Shown one piece after another: positions 8,522 to 19,254 of a stretch of DNA of 64,000 nt; positions within the stretch are counted from its first letter, which is position 1, and each line of letters opens with the position of its first letter. A program made the translations under genes and the position numbers. This DNA is from Ferrovibrionaceae bacterium (GTDB taxonomy: Bacteria > Pseudomonadota > Alphaproteobacteria > Ferrovibrionales > Ferrovibrionaceae): the NCBI GenBank assembly GCA_965229335.1, contig OZ245874.1:5860736-5924735 (forward strand), read 5' to 3'. The notes under the pieces are model-generated. The model ran no database searches. It was not told the DNA's origin and saw only the letters and a program-made list of their open reading frames with translations.

Positions 8522-9820
8522 ATGACGGAAACCGTCGAGATCGCCACCGCGCTCGGCCGGCTGGCCGGACGGCGCGAAGGCGGGGCCCTAGCCTTCCGCG
8601 GCGTGCCCTATGCCGGGCCGACGCCACGCTTTGCCCCACCCACCCCGTCGGCCGCCTGGTCCGGAACCCGCGATGCCGGCGTGGACGGTCCGATCCCGCC
8701 GCAATCGCGGTCACGGCTGGCCCTGGTGATGGGCGATTTCGACAAGCCGCAGTCGGAAGACTGCCACTGGCTGACGATCTGGACACCGGCGGCCGACGGG
8801 CGCAGGCGGCCCGTGCTGTTCTGGATCCATGGCGGCGGATTTTCGTCCGGGGCGGGATCGCTGCCCTGGTATGACGGCGCGACCCTGGCCGCGCTGGGCG
8901 ATATCGTCGTGGTGACCCCGAACTACCGGCTGGGTCCGTTCGGCTACCTGCTGGCACCCGGCCTGTCCCCGGCCAATCTCGGCCTGCTCGACCAGGCTGC
9001 CGCACTGGCCTGGGTTGCCACGCATATCGCGGATTTCGGCGGCGATCCCGATGCCATCACCGTCGGCGGCCAGTCGGCGGGCAGCCATTCCACCCTGCTG
9101 CTGGCCCTGCTCGGCGGCATGCCGATCCGCCGCACCATCCTGCAGAGCGCGCCGCTCAGCCTTGCACCGCTGGCCGAAGGGCGCGCCGTCGAACTGGGGA
9201 AGATGTTCCTCGACCTGCTGGACGGCGATCCCCGCACCCTGCCGGCGGGCCAGTTGCTCGCCGCCCAGGGGAAACTCGCCGCGGCCATCGCCAGACCGGG
9301 CGATCCGACCCCGCCCTTCATGCCGGTCGCCAGCGGGGCGCTGGCGCGCGACTGGGCCGGCGCGCTGGACGAGGTTGCGGCCGCGACCGACACGCTGGTC
9401 GGCGCCACCGCCCACGAGATGGCAGCCTTCGTGCCGATGACCGCCGAGAACCGCGCCGGCGTGCTTGCCACGGGCAATGCGCTGTTCAACGCGCCGACGC
9501 GCGACTACGCGGCCGCGGCCGACGCTGCCGGCCGTTCGGCCTATCTCTATCGCTTCGACTGGCTCTCGCCCCAGGACGGGCGCGGGGCCTGCCATTGCCT
9601 GGAACTGCCCTTCGTGCTCGGCCGGGCCGGCGCCTGGGACGACGCCCCGATGCTGGCCGGCGCCGACCCCGGCGCCATCGCCGACCTGACCCGGACGATG
9701 CAGCGGGCCTGGATCGGCTTCGTCCGCGACGGCGATGCCGGCTGGCCGGCCTGGCGGCGCGACGCACCGACCACCCTCAGCCTCGACACCCCCGCCACGA
9801 CCTTCGCCTGGCCGCTCTGA
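8522..9820 (+). CDS. Carboxylesterase type B (para-nitrobenzyl esterase-like)
   Basis: 432 aa. It has the WIHGGGF oxyanion motif and the GGQSAGS nucleophile elbow. Confidence 0.85.
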   Translation: MTETVEIATALGRLAGRREGGALAFRGVPYAGPTPRFAPPTPSAAWSGTRDAGVDGPIPPQSRSRLALVMGDFDKPQSEDCHWLTIWTPAADGRRRPVLFWIHGGGFSSGAGSLPWYDGATLAALGDIVVVTPNYRLGPFGYLLAPGLSPANLGLLDQAAALAWVATHIADFGGDPDAITVGGQSAGSHSTLLLALLGGMPIRRTILQSAPLSLAPLAEGRAVELGKMFLDLLDGDPRTLPAGQLLAAQGKLAAAIARPGDPTPPFMPVASGALARDWAGALDEVAAATDTLVGATAHEMAAFVPMTAENRAGVLATGNALFNAPTRDYAAAADAAGRSAYLYRFDWLSPQDGRGACHCLELPFVLGRAGAWDDAPMLAGADPGAIADLTRTMQRAWIGFVRDGDAGWPAWRRDAPTTLSLDTPATTFAWPL

Positions 9821-9831
9821 AGGAGATACCG

Positions 9832-10977
9832 ATGCGCCGCCTGATCGCCCCCGCACTCCTGCTCGCCTCGCTCAGCGCCCCTGCCTTCGCCGCCGACCCC
9901 GTCAAGGTCGGCATGATCACGACGCTGTCCGGGCCGGGCGGCTATCTCGGCGAGGACATGCGCGACGGCTTCCGCCTCGGCGCCACCGGCGCGACGGTGC
10001 CGATCGAACTGCTGGTCGAGGACGACGCGCTGAAGCCGGGGACTGCAAAGCAGATCGCCGAGCGCATGCTGAAGAGCGACAAGGCGCGGATCTTCACCGG
10101 CACGATCTTCACGAACGTCTTCCTGGCGATCGCCCCCGACCTGCTGGAATCGGGCGCCACGGTGCTCGCGAACGTTCCCGCCCCCAACAACTATGCCGGC
10201 AAGGAATGCGAGCCGGGCTACTTCAACTCGGGCTGGGACGAGACGCTGCATGCGTCGGCCGGCCAGCTGGCCAACAATCTTGGCTACAAGAAGATATTCC
10301 TTATCGCGCCGAACTACCAGGCGGGCAAGGACGTGATCGCCGCGGTCAAGCGGATGTACAAGGGCGAGGTCGCCGGCGAACTCTACACCCGTCTCGACCA
10401 GACCGACTTCGCCGCCGAAATCGCCCAGATCCGCGCCGCCAAGCCGGACGCGCTCTACCAGTTCCAGCCCGGCGGCCTCGGCATCACCTTCATCAAGCAG
10501 TACGCCCAGGCCGGGCTGAACCGCGAGATCCCGATGGTGGTCGCCTCGCCCTCGCTCGATGCGCGGATTCTCTCGGCCGTCGGCGATGCCGCACTGGGCA
10601 TGCAGGTCGCGGCCAACTGGTCGACCGGCTTCGACAACCCGGCCAGCCAGGAATTCGTCGCGAACTTCCGCAGCAAATACGGTCGCGAACCGACCGTCTA
10701 TGCGGCACACGGCTACGATACCGCGCGGCTGATCGGCGCCGCCCTGGCCAAGTCGGGGGGCAATCCGGATGCGCCCGCCTTCCGCACGGAGTTGGCGAAG
10801 GCCGACTTCCCCACGGTGCGCGGCCATCTGCGCTTCGCCTCCAATCACGGCCCGGTCCAGGACTGGTATCGCCTCAGCGTCGAGCCCGGCGCCGACGGCC
10901 GGCCGGCGCTGGCGCTCAAGGAGAAGTTCATGCCCGATGCCGGCGGCTATCTCGCCGACCAGTGCAAGATGAAGTGA
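9832..10977 (+). CDS. ABC transporter periplasmic substrate-binding protein (Leu/Ile/Val-binding, type 1 PBP family)
   Basis: ATG 9832 follows AGGAGA. The signal peptide is MRRLIAPALLLASLSAPAFAADPVKVG, and the mature start ITTLSGPGGYLGEDMRDG is typical of the family. Confidence 0.8.
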   Translation: MRRLIAPALLLASLSAPAFAADPVKVGMITTLSGPGGYLGEDMRDGFRLGATGATVPIELLVEDDALKPGTAKQIAERMLKSDKARIFTGTIFTNVFLAIAPDLLESGATVLANVPAPNNYAGKECEPGYFNSGWDETLHASAGQLANNLGYKKIFLIAPNYQAGKDVIAAVKRMYKGEVAGELYTRLDQTDFAAEIAQIRAAKPDALYQFQPGGLGITFIKQYAQAGLNREIPMVVASPSLDARILSAVGDAALGMQVAANWSTGFDNPASQEFVANFRSKYGREPTVYAAHGYDTARLIGAALAKSGGNPDAPAFRTELAKADFPTVRGHLRFASNHGPVQDWYRLSVEPGADGRPALALKEKFMPDAGGYLADQCKMK

Positions 10978-10984
10978 GCGCGCG

Positions 10985-11917
10985 ATGCGCAAGCTCATCG
11001 CCGCCACCGCGCTCGCACTCGGCCTCGCCATGACCGACGCCTCGGCCCAGATGTACGGACCCGCGACGCCAGCCTTCGCCCCGGCACTGCCCGAGTTGCG
11101 GCTGGCCGCCATCCCGGAGGCGGCGCGGCCGGCCTTCGACGGCAACCGCTTCAGCTACATGGAAGCCGGGCGCGCCGACGCCCCGCCACTGCTGCTGCTG
11201 CACGGCATCGGCGCCAATTCGGCCCATTGGCGCTTCCAGTACGCCGCACTGCAGGACCGCTACCGCGTGATCGGCTGGAATGCGCCGGGCTACATGCTGA
11301 CCGACAACCTGAAGGCCGAGACGCCGTCCTGCGAGGATTATGCCGGCGCGGTCGCAGCCTTCCTCGATGCCCTCGGCATCGGGAAGGCCTATGTCCTCGG
11401 CAATTCCTTCGGCTCGGGCGTCGCCCAGTGCTTTGCGATCAACCACCCCCAGCGGGTGATCAAGCTGGCCCTGACCGGCACGCTGATCGGCCGCGCCAAT
11501 ACCTCGGCCGAGGAAAAGGCGAAGAACCTGGCCGCGCGTGAAGCATCGATCGCCGGCGGCGGCATGACCCTCGGCCTCTCCGGCCGCGACGAGGTGCTGA
11601 TCGGCTCCAAGGCCCCACGCAGCCTGCGCCCGATGCTGCAGAGCGTTCTGGCCGCCACCAACCCGCGCGGCTACCTGCAGGCGACGCGCTTCATCTCGGC
11701 GCTCGAGCCGACCACGGCGCGCGCCGATCGCCTGACCATGCCGCTGCTGCTGATCCATGGCCGCGAGGACCGGATCACCCCGCTCGATACCGGCGCCGTG
11801 CCGCTGCAGAAGGCAGTGCCGGGCGCGCGGCTCGAGATTCTCGACGGCTACGGCCACCTGCCGGAATTCGAGAACCCGGAAGCCGTCAACGCCCTGCTGG
11901 CCGACTTTTTCCGCTAG
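10985..11917 (+). CDS. Secreted alpha/beta-fold hydrolase
   Basis: It has a signal peptide, an HGIGANS oxyanion region, a GNSFGSG nucleophile motif and a C-terminal GYGHLP catalytic His. Confidence 0.8.
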   Translation: MRKLIAATALALGLAMTDASAQMYGPATPAFAPALPELRLAAIPEAARPAFDGNRFSYMEAGRADAPPLLLLHGIGANSAHWRFQYAALQDRYRVIGWNAPGYMLTDNLKAETPSCEDYAGAVAAFLDALGIGKAYVLGNSFGSGVAQCFAINHPQRVIKLALTGTLIGRANTSAEEKAKNLAAREASIAGGGMTLGLSGRDEVLIGSKAPRSLRPMLQSVLAATNPRGYLQATRFISALEPTTARADRLTMPLLLIHGREDRITPLDTGAVPLQKAVPGARLEILDGYGHLPEFENPEAVNALLADFFR

Positions 11918-11983
11918 CCGCCACGGCTAATGGCGAGACGGCGACGTTGCCGTGAACCGCATCGGCCATGCTAGTCTCGCCGC

Positions 11984-12940
11984 ATGACCGATATCGACCT
12001 GATCGTCCTGAAAGAGGCGAGTCCCGCGGCGGTGGGGGTCAGTATCGAACTTCTCGACATGGTCAACCGGCTGGGCGGACAGCGGTTGCTGAACTGGCGG
12101 ATCCTCAGCCCGTCCGGTGCCCAGGCCACGCTCGGCGGCGGCATGTTCATGGCGGCCCAGCCGCTGGTGCGGGCGCAGGCGCGCGACATCGTCATCCTGC
12201 CCGGTCTCGGCACCGAGACGGAGATGGCGGCCCGCATCGCCGAACCCGATGCGGTAGGGGCGGCACGCTGGGTGGCGCGGGCCTGGGCGCGCGGGGCGAC
12301 CGTCGCCGCCTCCTGCACCGGCGTCTTCGTGCTCGGCGCAGCCGGTCTGCTGGACCGGCGGCACTGCACGACGGCCTGGTGGCTGGTGCCCGCCCTGCAG
12401 GCCGCCTTCCCCGACGCGCGGGCCACCGCCGACGCGATGGTGACCGAGGACGAGCGGGTCTGGACCGCCGGTGCGGCACTTGCCCATCTCGACCTGATGC
12501 TGGCGCTGGTCGGGCGTTTCGTCGGGCCGGCGCTGGCCGACAGCGTCGCCAGGCATCTGCTGGTCGACCGGCGCGCCTCGCAGGCACCCTATGTCATGCC
12601 GGCCCGGCTTGCCGCGCACGACCCGCTGGCCTGTGCGATCGAGACCGCGGTGCGCGAACGGCTGGCCGGCCCGATCGCGCTGTCCGACCTGGCCCGGGCC
12701 GCCGGAGTCTCCCCCCGCACCCTCGCCCGCCGCATTCAGGCCGCGACCGGCCTGTCGCCGATGCGATTCGTGCAGAAGATCCGCCTCGACACCGCCTTGC
12801 AGCTGCTGCAATCGACCGGGCTGTCGCTGGAGGCGATCGCCGACCGGCTGGGCTTTGCCGACGCCGCCACCCTCTATCGTCTGGTGCGCCGCCACACCGG
12901 CCAGCCGCCCAGCGCCTTCCGCAGGCCCGAGCGCTACTGA
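11984..12940 (+). CDS. GlxA family transcriptional regulator (DJ-1/PfpI-like domain + AraC HTH)
   Basis: 318 aa. The N-terminal DJ-1-like domain includes ASCTGVFVLG. The C-terminal AraC-type double HTH reads LARAAGVSPRTLARRIQ ... IADRLGFADAATLYRLVRRHTG. Confidence 0.8.
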   Translation: MTDIDLIVLKEASPAAVGVSIELLDMVNRLGGQRLLNWRILSPSGAQATLGGGMFMAAQPLVRAQARDIVILPGLGTETEMAARIAEPDAVGAARWVARAWARGATVAASCTGVFVLGAAGLLDRRHCTTAWWLVPALQAAFPDARATADAMVTEDERVWTAGAALAHLDLMLALVGRFVGPALADSVARHLLVDRRASQAPYVMPARLAAHDPLACAIETAVRERLAGPIALSDLARAAGVSPRTLARRIQAATGLSPMRFVQKIRLDTALQLLQSTGLSLEAIADRLGFADAATLYRLVRRHTGQPPSAFRRPERY

Positions 12941-13836
12941 CCCAGGCTGCGGGCGAAAGCGCCGGGGGTGATGCCGAAGGCGGCCTTGAAGCGGCGGCCG
13001 AGGTGGCTCTGATCGACGAAACCGACCGCCACCGCCACTTCCGCCACCGGTTCGCCGGCTGCGATCAGCCGCCGCGCCTCGGCCAGCCGGAGGCGCGACT
13101 GGTAGGCATGTGGCGGCAGGCCGTAGCGGCGCTGGAACAGCCGGCTCAGGTGAAACCGGCTCAAGCCGGCCTCGGCGGCCAGGCGATCGAGGGTCAGCGG
13201 CTCGGCATATTCGTCGGCGATCAGCGCGTGGACGCGGGCCACCGCGTCGCGGTCATCGCCGCCGCGGGCGAAGCCCGGCCGCCAGTCGGCATGCCGCCCG
13301 GCGAGGCCGGTGACCACCTCGATCAGCGCCGCGTCGCGGGCCAGCGGCTCGGCCGTCGCCTCGGCAAAGCGCCGGTGCAGCCGCAGGATCGCGTTGCCGA
13401 GCAGCGGGTCGTCGATCACCGGCGCCCGCGCCCAGGGCAGGCCGGCCGGGCGCTCGGCCGCGTCCGACAGCACCGCCTGCACCGTTCCGGGCGTCAGGTA
13501 GATCATGCAGTAGGTGAAGCCGGCCTCGTCCAGCGCGTGCCCGTCATGGGGTTCGTCGGGGTTGAAGGCCATGATCTGGCCCGCCGCCGAGACATGGCCC
13601 GCGCCGCGGCAGGAGAAGGCCTGCGCCCCGGTCTCGGTCACCCCCAGGCAATAGGCGTCGTGGGCGTGGCGGGCATATTCATGGCTGACATAGCGGGCCT
13701 GGAGCACCTCGATGCCCTGGCCGGGCAGTGCCCGATAGCGCGTCCATTCGCCTGAAGCGGCCAATCCGGAAAGCCCCTGCGCAAGAATGTACAAGCGGGC
13801 CCGAGCGCCCGCCTCCACTTTAGCGGGGTTCGTCAC
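12934..13836 (-). CDS. AraC family transcriptional regulator (cupin-like N-domain)
   Basis: 300 aa. The C-terminus LDRLAAEAGLSRFHLSRLFQRRYGLPPHAYQSRLRLAEARRLI ... GFVDQSHLGRRFK is a canonical AraC HTH pair. Its 3' end overlaps the convergent GlxA gene by 7 nt. Confidence 0.85.
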   Translation of the reverse strand: MTNPAKVEAGARARLYILAQGLSGLAASGEWTRYRALPGQGIEVLQARYVSHEYARHAHDAYCLGVTETGAQAFSCRGAGHVSAAGQIMAFNPDEPHDGHALDEAGFTYCMIYLTPGTVQAVLSDAAERPAGLPWARAPVIDDPLLGNAILRLHRRFAEATAEPLARDAALIEVVTGLAGRHADWRPGFARGGDDRDAVARVHALIADEYAEPLTLDRLAAEAGLSRFHLSRLFQRRYGLPPHAYQSRLRLAEARRLIAAGEPVAEVAVAVGFVDQSHLGRRFKAAFGITPGAFARSLGQ

Positions 13837-13850
13837 CGCCGAGGAAGCCC

Positions 13851-14261
13851 ATGCGTTTCGAGACCAAGATCGCCATCATCGTCCGCGAGGATCTCGCCAC
13901 CTGGCAGAAGCTGAACGTCACCGCCTTTCTCGCCGCGGCGATCGCGGCCTCCGACGCCCAGTTGATCGGCGAACCCTACGAGGATGCCGACGGCGTGCCC
14001 TATCTCGCCACCTTGCGCCAGCCCGTGATGGTGTTCGCCGCCGACGGCGTCGGCATCCGGGCCGCCTTCGACCGGGCCCGCGGCCGCAACCTGCGGCTGA
14101 TGCCCTATACCGTCGAGATGTTCTCGACCGGCCATGACGCGGCCAACCGCGAGGCGGTGAAGGCGGTCGGCACCGCCGGCCTCGATCTCGCCGGCTTTGC
14201 CTTCCTGGCCGACCGCAAGGATGCCGACAAGGTGACGAAGGGCCTGAAACTGCATCCGTGA
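13851..14261 (+). CDS. DUF2000-like small protein
   Basis: 136 aa. [32 protein letters not shown] resembles DUF2000 (Pth2-like fold) proteins from memory. Not verified by search. Confidence 0.5.
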   Translation: MRFETKIAIIVREDLATWQKLNVTAFLAAAIAASDAQLIGEPYEDADGVPYLATLRQPVMVFAADGVGIRAAFDRARGRNLRLMPYTVEMFSTGHDAANREAVKAVGTAGLDLAGFAFLADRKDADKVTKGLKLHP

Positions 14262-14362
14262 GGCGATTCGCCGGCAAACCGGGCAGGCTGCGCCGCCCCG
14301 TTCTTGACTTGGGGCGTGCGGTTTCTATGGTGACGCCTCCAAGCTTCCGTGGAGTCCGCCTG

Positions 14363-16327
14363 ATGTCCAGCCCCGTCACCATCACCCTGCCCGATGGCAA
14401 GGAACGCCGCTATGAGGCGCCGATCACCGGCGCGGCGCTGGCCGCCGATATCGGCCCGGGCCTGGCCAAGGCGGCGGTGGCGCTGAGGATCGACGGCGGC
14501 CCGCTGGTCGATCTCAAGACCCGGCTGGACCGCGACGTCCGCGTCGCCATCGTCACCCGCGACGACCCGTCGGACGAGGTGCTGGAACTGATCCGCCACG
14601 ATGCCGCCCACGTGCTGGCCGAGGCGGTGCAGGAACTCTACCCCGGGACCCAGATCACCTTCGGCCCGGCGACCGAGACGGGCTTCTACTACGATTTCGT
14701 CCGCGACGAGCCGTTCACGCCCGACGATCTCGTGGCGATCGAGGCGCGGATGCGCGAGATCGTCGCCCGCGACGAGCAGATCGAGCGCGAGGTCTGGGAC
14801 CGTTCGGAGGCCGCCCAGCGCTTTGCCGAGATGGGCGAGAAGTACAAGGCCGAATGGGTCCATGAACTGCCCCGCGACGCCGACATCACCGTCTATCGCC
14901 AGGGCAACTGGCTCGATCTCTGCCGCGGCCCCCATCTGCCGTCGACCGCCAAGCTCGGCACCGCCTTCAAGCTGACCCGCGTCTCCGGCGCCTATTGGCG
15001 CGGCGATGCCAAGAACCAGCAGTTGCAGCGCATCTACGGCACCGCCTGGCGCAACCAGAAGGAGCTTGACGCCTACCTCACCCAGATCGAGGAAGCCGAG
15101 AAGCGCGACCATCGCAAGCTCGGCCGCGAGATGGGCCTCTTCCACATGCAGGAAGAGGCGGCGGGCATGGTATTCTGGCACCCCAAGGGCTACACCCTGT
15201 ACCGGCTGCTCGAGGAATTCGTCCGCCGCCGGATTTCCCAGGACGGCTATGTCGAGGTCAAGACCCCGCAGCTGGTCGACCGCAAGCTGTGGGAAGCCTC
15301 GGGCCACTGGGAAAAGTTCCGCGAGAACATGTACATCGCGGAGAACGAGGAAGGCATCAAGGAGTTCGCGGCCGACGGCACCTCGCGCATCTTCGCGCTG
15401 AAGCCGATGAACTGCCCCTGCCATGTGCAGATCTTCAACCAGGGGCTGAAATCCTACCGCGACCTGCCGATGCGCATGGCCGAGTTCGGCTCGTGCCACC
15501 GCTTCGAACCGGGCGGCGCGCTGCACGGCATCATGCGCGTGCGCAACTTCGTGCAGGACGATGCCCATATCTTCTGCACGGTCGAGCAGATCGAAGAGGA
15601 ATCGGTCCGCTTCTGCAAGCTGCTCTACGGCATCTACGGCGATCTCGGCTTCAAGGACGTGCGCGTCAAGTTCTCGACCCGGCCCGAGAAGCGCGCCGGC
15701 GACGATGCGCTGTGGGACCGGATGGAAAGCTCGCTGGCCGCGGCCTGCAAGGCGGTCGGCCTCGACTACACGCTGAACCCCGGCGAAGGCGCCTTCTACG
15801 GCCCCAAGCTCGAATTCGTCATCCGCGACGCCATCGGCCGCGACTGGCAATGTGGCACGCTGCAGGTCGACATGGTGCTGCCCGAACGGCTCGAAGCCAG
15901 CTATATCGGCGAGGATGGCCAGCGCCACCGGCCGGTGATGCTGCATCGCGCCATCCTCGGTTCGCTCGAACGCTTCATCGGCATCCTGATCGAGGAATAT
16001 GCCGGCAAGTTCCCGCTGTGGCTGGCGCCGACCCAGGCCGTGGTCGCGACCATCACCTCGGACGGCAACGACTATGCCCGCCAGGTGGGCGGCCGGCTGA
16101 TGGAGGCCGGCATCCGGGTCGAGACCGATCTGCGCAACGAGAAGATCAACCTCAAGGTGCGCGAGCATTCGCTGGCCAAGGTGCCTGTGCTGCTGGTGGT
16201 GGGCAAGCGCGAGGCCGAGCTGGGGCAGGTGTCGATCCGCCGCCTGGGGTCGCAGGCGCAAGAAACGCTTGCGCTCGACGATGCGGTGACTAGATTGATC
16301 GGAGAGGCGCGCGTACCGGGCGCCTGA
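14363..16327 (+). CDS. thrS: Threonine--tRNA ligase
   Basis: Internal ATG 14363 ([20 protein letters not shown]) begins the TGS domain. Class II motifs and the anticodon-binding domain follow, and infC lies downstream. Confidence 0.95.
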   Translation: MSSPVTITLPDGKERRYEAPITGAALAADIGPGLAKAAVALRIDGGPLVDLKTRLDRDVRVAIVTRDDPSDEVLELIRHDAAHVLAEAVQELYPGTQITFGPATETGFYYDFVRDEPFTPDDLVAIEARMREIVARDEQIEREVWDRSEAAQRFAEMGEKYKAEWVHELPRDADITVYRQGNWLDLCRGPHLPSTAKLGTAFKLTRVSGAYWRGDAKNQQLQRIYGTAWRNQKELDAYLTQIEEAEKRDHRKLGREMGLFHMQEEAAGMVFWHPKGYTLYRLLEEFVRRRISQDGYVEVKTPQLVDRKLWEASGHWEKFRENMYIAENEEGIKEFAADGTSRIFALKPMNCPCHVQIFNQGLKSYRDLPMRMAEFGSCHRFEPGGALHGIMRVRNFVQDDAHIFCTVEQIEEESVRFCKLLYGIYGDLGFKDVRVKFSTRPEKRAGDDALWDRMESSLAAACKAVGLDYTLNPGEGAFYGPKLEFVIRDAIGRDWQCGTLQVDMVLPERLEASYIGEDGQRHRPVMLHRAILGSLERFIGILIEEYAGKFPLWLAPTQAVVATITSDGNDYARQVGGRLMEAGIRVETDLRNEKINLKVREHSLAKVPVLLVVGKREAELGQVSIRRLGSQAQETLALDDAVTRLIGEARVPGA

Positions 16328-16454
16328 CACCGTTTTGTGTCAACAGCCGTTTTTTGTGTCAACAACGGTCGAGGTGAGAGCGGATGGCGTTTGACGGCTC
16401 GTTCACGATCTCGCTCGACCATGCCAAGGAGATCGTGGCATAGCACGTCCCCCT

Positions 16455-16979
16455 ATGGGCGCCCCCGCCCCGTCCCGCGACGGACCGCGCTTTAACCACT
16501 ATATCGACGTCCCCCAAGTGCGCCTGATCGACGATCAGGGCGAGAACCGCGGCGTCGTCCCGATTCGCGAAGCGTTGCGCCTCGCCGAAGAGGTGGGCCT
16601 CGACCTCGTCGAGATTTCGCCGGGCGCGGTGCCGCCGGTCTGCAAGATCCTCGATCTCGGCAAGTACAAGTTCGAGGCGCAGAAGAAGGCCAACGAGGCG
16701 CGCAAGAAGCAGAAGGTCATCGAGGTCAAGGAGATCAAGCTCCGCCCCGGCATCGACGACCACGACTACGAGGTGAAGATGCGCGCGATGCGCCGCTTCC
16801 TCGAGGAGGGCGACAAGGTCAAGGTGACCATGCGCTTCCGCGGCCGCGAGATGGCGCATCAGGAACTCGGCATGAAGGTGCTGGACAAGGTGCGCGACGA
16901 ACTGGCCGAGATCGCCAAGGTCGAGCAGACGCCCAAGATGGAAGGGCGCCAGATGACGATGGTCATCGCCGCCAAATAA
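16455..16979 (+). CDS. infC: Translation initiation factor IF-3
   Basis: [35 protein letters not shown]...[17 protein letters not shown] is canonical IF-3. The true start may be an upstream non-canonical codon, as is common for infC (in-frame ATA at 16440). Not resolved. Confidence 0.9.
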   Translation: MGAPAPSRDGPRFNHYIDVPQVRLIDDQGENRGVVPIREALRLAEEVGLDLVEISPGAVPPVCKILDLGKYKFEAQKKANEARKKQKVIEVKEIKLRPGIDDHDYEVKMRAMRRFLEEGDKVKVTMRFRGREMAHQELGMKVLDKVRDELAEIAKVEQTPKMEGRQMTMVIAAK

Positions 16980-17068
16980 CGGTTTGCGGGGCTTCCGGGC
17001 CGCATGCCCGGGGTTCGAGGTCACGACGGACGGCGGCGGCATCCCGGGATGCGCCGCCGTTTTTGTCT

Positions 17069-17521
17069 TCAGACGATTCGCTGGTCCAGTTCGCGCGGGT
17101 CGGCCACGTCGACATGCCAGAATGCCGCGGCCCCTTCGGGCAGGCCGGCCAGCACCCGATCCAGATCCAGCCGGTTGGTGAAGCGGCGCACCGCCCAGGC
17201 CGTCGCCTCGATCGCATTGTCGGGGGTCAGGTTGTGGTCGGGGCGCACCGCCTTGACCTCGGCCGTCAGGCTGGCCCGGTCGGCGAAGGGCAAGGGCGGA
17301 TCGTCGACCCGCCAGCCGGCGACGAAGATCGCCCTGAGAATGCTGGGCAGCACGCCGGCAAAATCGAGGCCCTGCTGGGCGGTCAGCCGCCGGCGGAACA
17401 CCTGGAACACGGCATCGACCGCCGTATAGGCGGAATTGTCCGACACCAGGTCCATCCGCTCCCGCACGTCGTCGAGAAAGGCGCGCCACTCGCGCGAGGC
17501 ATGGCGGTAGGTCCAGGGCAT
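17069..17521 (-). CDS. DUF2267-like protein
   Basis: Internal ATG 17521 (MPWTYRHASREWRAFLDDVRERMDL...). The two-repeat helical layout is reminiscent of DUF2267. Assignment is from memory only. Confidence 0.5.
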   Translation of the reverse strand: MPWTYRHASREWRAFLDDVRERMDLVSDNSAYTAVDAVFQVFRRRLTAQQGLDFAGVLPSILRAIFVAGWRVDDPPLPFADRASLTAEVKAVRPDHNLTPDNAIEATAWAVRRFTNRLDLDRVLAGLPEGAAAFWHVDVADPRELDQRIV

Positions 17522-17585
17522 CGGCACGGCGCGGTTTCCTCTGGTCGGCTGAACGGGCCACCAGGCTAGCGGGGGCATCCGAGGC

Positions 17586-18362
17586 TCAGAAGCGGTAGAT
17601 CACGAACAACGACGCGCGGTACTGGTCGGCCGAACCGGCCTGCGACACGATCGGGCTGTCGGCGGCATCGCCCAGCAGGCGCTTGTAGCGCAGCTGGCCG
17701 TAGAGCATCCAATGCTGCCCCAGCGGATAGGTCAGGCCCAGCGTGGCGCTGGCATCCTTGAATCCCGCACCGGCCGTGAACGGCGCATAGCCCGAGTTGC
17801 GCGACTGCTGGCCCGAGATGCCGAAATGGGTCTGCATGTAGTCGCGATCGGCCCAGGTTGCGGCCAGTGATACCGTGGCGCGCAACTTGCCGACCAGCTG
17901 GGTGCCGTAGGCGCCCTCGGCCTCAGCGGTCAGGCCGTTCTCGGACTTGGTCACGTTCTGATAGGCCGACAGCCCCAGCGACCACGGCCCGTGGGCATAA
18001 CGGGCGAACCCGCCTAGATCGAGGCCCCCGTCGATATTGCCCAGGCCGCGCAGCGCATCGTCGTCATCCTCGTCGCGGCCGAAGTCATAGCGGGCCAGCG
18101 GGCCGATCTGCAGCTTGCCGCCGCCCAGCGTGGTAGAGATCAGGTTGGCCCCCAGGATCGGGCCGGTGATGAAGACGCGGTCGCGATAGCTGCCCTGAAT
18201 GAAGGGAAACGGCGACACCTTGTAGCGATCCGACCCTTCATAGGCCGGGCCGACGATTGCGCCGGCACCGAGGCGCAGGTCCCAGCTTCGTTCCTGGGCC
18301 AGGGCTGCGCCGGCACCCAGGCCGGACAGGAGAACGGCGAGAACAGCGATACGGATCATCAC
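17586..18362 (-). CDS. mipA: MipA/OmpV family outer-membrane protein
   Basis: It has a signal peptide, alternating beta-strand pattern and a C-terminal ...LFVIYRF. It is adjacent and divergent to an OmpR/EnvZ-type pair, the usual context for this family. Confidence 0.75.
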   Translation of the reverse strand: MMIRIAVLAVLLSGLGAGAALAQERSWDLRLGAGAIVGPAYEGSDRYKVSPFPFIQGSYRDRVFITGPILGANLISTTLGGGKLQIGPLARYDFGRDEDDDDALRGLGNIDGGLDLGGFARYAHGPWSLGLSAYQNVTKSENGLTAEAEGAYGTQLVGKLRATVSLAATWADRDYMQTHFGISGQQSRNSGYAPFTAGAGFKDASATLGLTYPLGQHWMLYGQLRYKRLLGDAADSPIVSQAGSADQYRASLFVIYRF

Positions 18363-18498
18363 GGGGTAAAACCTCGATATTGGTTGATGGCGCGGATCTT
18401 ACGAATGGGTCAGCCGTCCCCTGTGTCGGCGACATGTCCATATGTGTCAGTTTGTTGCTGGCCGCCGCGCGGGCGGCCAGAACTGCTATGGCAGGGCC

Positions 18499-19254
18499 AT
18501 GAGACCCAACGAGCAGGCGGCCGGCGCGCCCCAGCCGCATATCCTTGTCGTCGACGACGACCAGCGAATCCGGACGATGCTGGCGACCTTCCTGCGCGAC
18601 CATGGCCTGCGCGTCAGCCAAGCCGGGGACGGCCGCCAGATGTTTACGGTGCTGGAAGCTGCGCGGATCGATACCGTCGTGCTGGACGTGATGATGCCGG
18701 GCGAGGACGGCATTTCGCTGTGCCGCCGGCTGCGGTCGGAAAGCACTGTGCCGATCATCCTGCTGACCGCGCTGTCGGGCGAGACCGACCGGATCGTCGG
18801 GCTGGAAGTCGGTGCCGACGATTACGTGACCAAGCCGTTCAACCCACGCGAGCTGCTGGCCCGCATCCGGGCGGTGCTGCGCCGGGTGGCGATGCTGTCG
18901 TCGGGACCGCGCGAAAACCGCCAGGCGATCTACCGCTTCAACGGCTGGCGCCTCGATCCGACCCGCCGCACGCTGCATTCGCCCGGCGGCGCGCTGACCG
19001 ACCTGACCTCGGGCGAATTCGACCTGCTGGTCGCCTTTGCCGAACATCCGCAACGCGTGCTGACCCGCGACCAGTTGCTGGACCTGGCCCGCGGCCGGTC
19101 GGCCGCCAGTTTCGACCGTTCGATCGACGTCCAGATCAGCCGCCTGCGCCGCAAGATCGAGGACAACCCGCAGGATCCGTCCCTGATCAAGACCGTGCGC
19201 AACGAAGGTTATTACTTCGCGGCCGATGTCGAGATCGAGGAGGCCAGGCCATGA
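18499..19254 (+). CDS. OmpR family response regulator
   Basis: Internal ATG 18499. The REC domain (HILVVDDDQRIRTML...VVLDVMMPGEDG) is followed by a winged-helix output (LTSGEFDLLVAFAEHPQRVLTRDQLL...IKTVRNEGYYF). Confidence 0.9.
   Translation: MRPNEQAAGAPQPHILVVDDDQRIRTMLATFLRDHGLRVSQAGDGRQMFTVLEAARIDTVVLDVMMPGEDGISLCRRLRSESTVPIILLTALSGETDRIVGLEVGADDYVTKPFNPRELLARIRAVLRRVAMLSSGPRENRQAIYRFNGWRLDPTRRTLHSPGGALTDLTSGEFDLLVAFAEHPQRVLTRDQLLDLARGRSAASFDRSIDVQISRLRRKIEDNPQDPSLIKTVRNEGYYFAADVEIEEARP

Noticed and set aside
7512-9005. N-terminal ~196-aa extension of the LysR ORF; similar long extensions occur on track ORFs 18384..20636, 21406..24894, 44990..48037, 45896..47986 and 59240..61660
   Set aside because: The extensions are Arg/Pro/Gly-rich, overlap neighbouring real genes on the other strand or in other frames, and precede an internal start that gives a normal-length family member. 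I used the internal starts.
9547-11145. 532-aa minus-strand ORF across the substrate-binding protein and hydrolase genes
   Set aside because: It is antisense to two well-supported plus-strand genes. The product is Arg/Ala/Gly-rich and low-complexity with no recognisable motif, a typical high-GC shadow ORF.
14105-16330. 741-aa minus-strand ORF
   Set aside because: It is exactly antisense to thrS, whose identity is unambiguous. This is a shadow ORF.
16359-17561. 400-aa minus-strand ORF
   Set aside because: It is antisense to infC and out of frame with the DUF2267-like gene. The composition is Arg/Pro/Gly-rich. Rejected.
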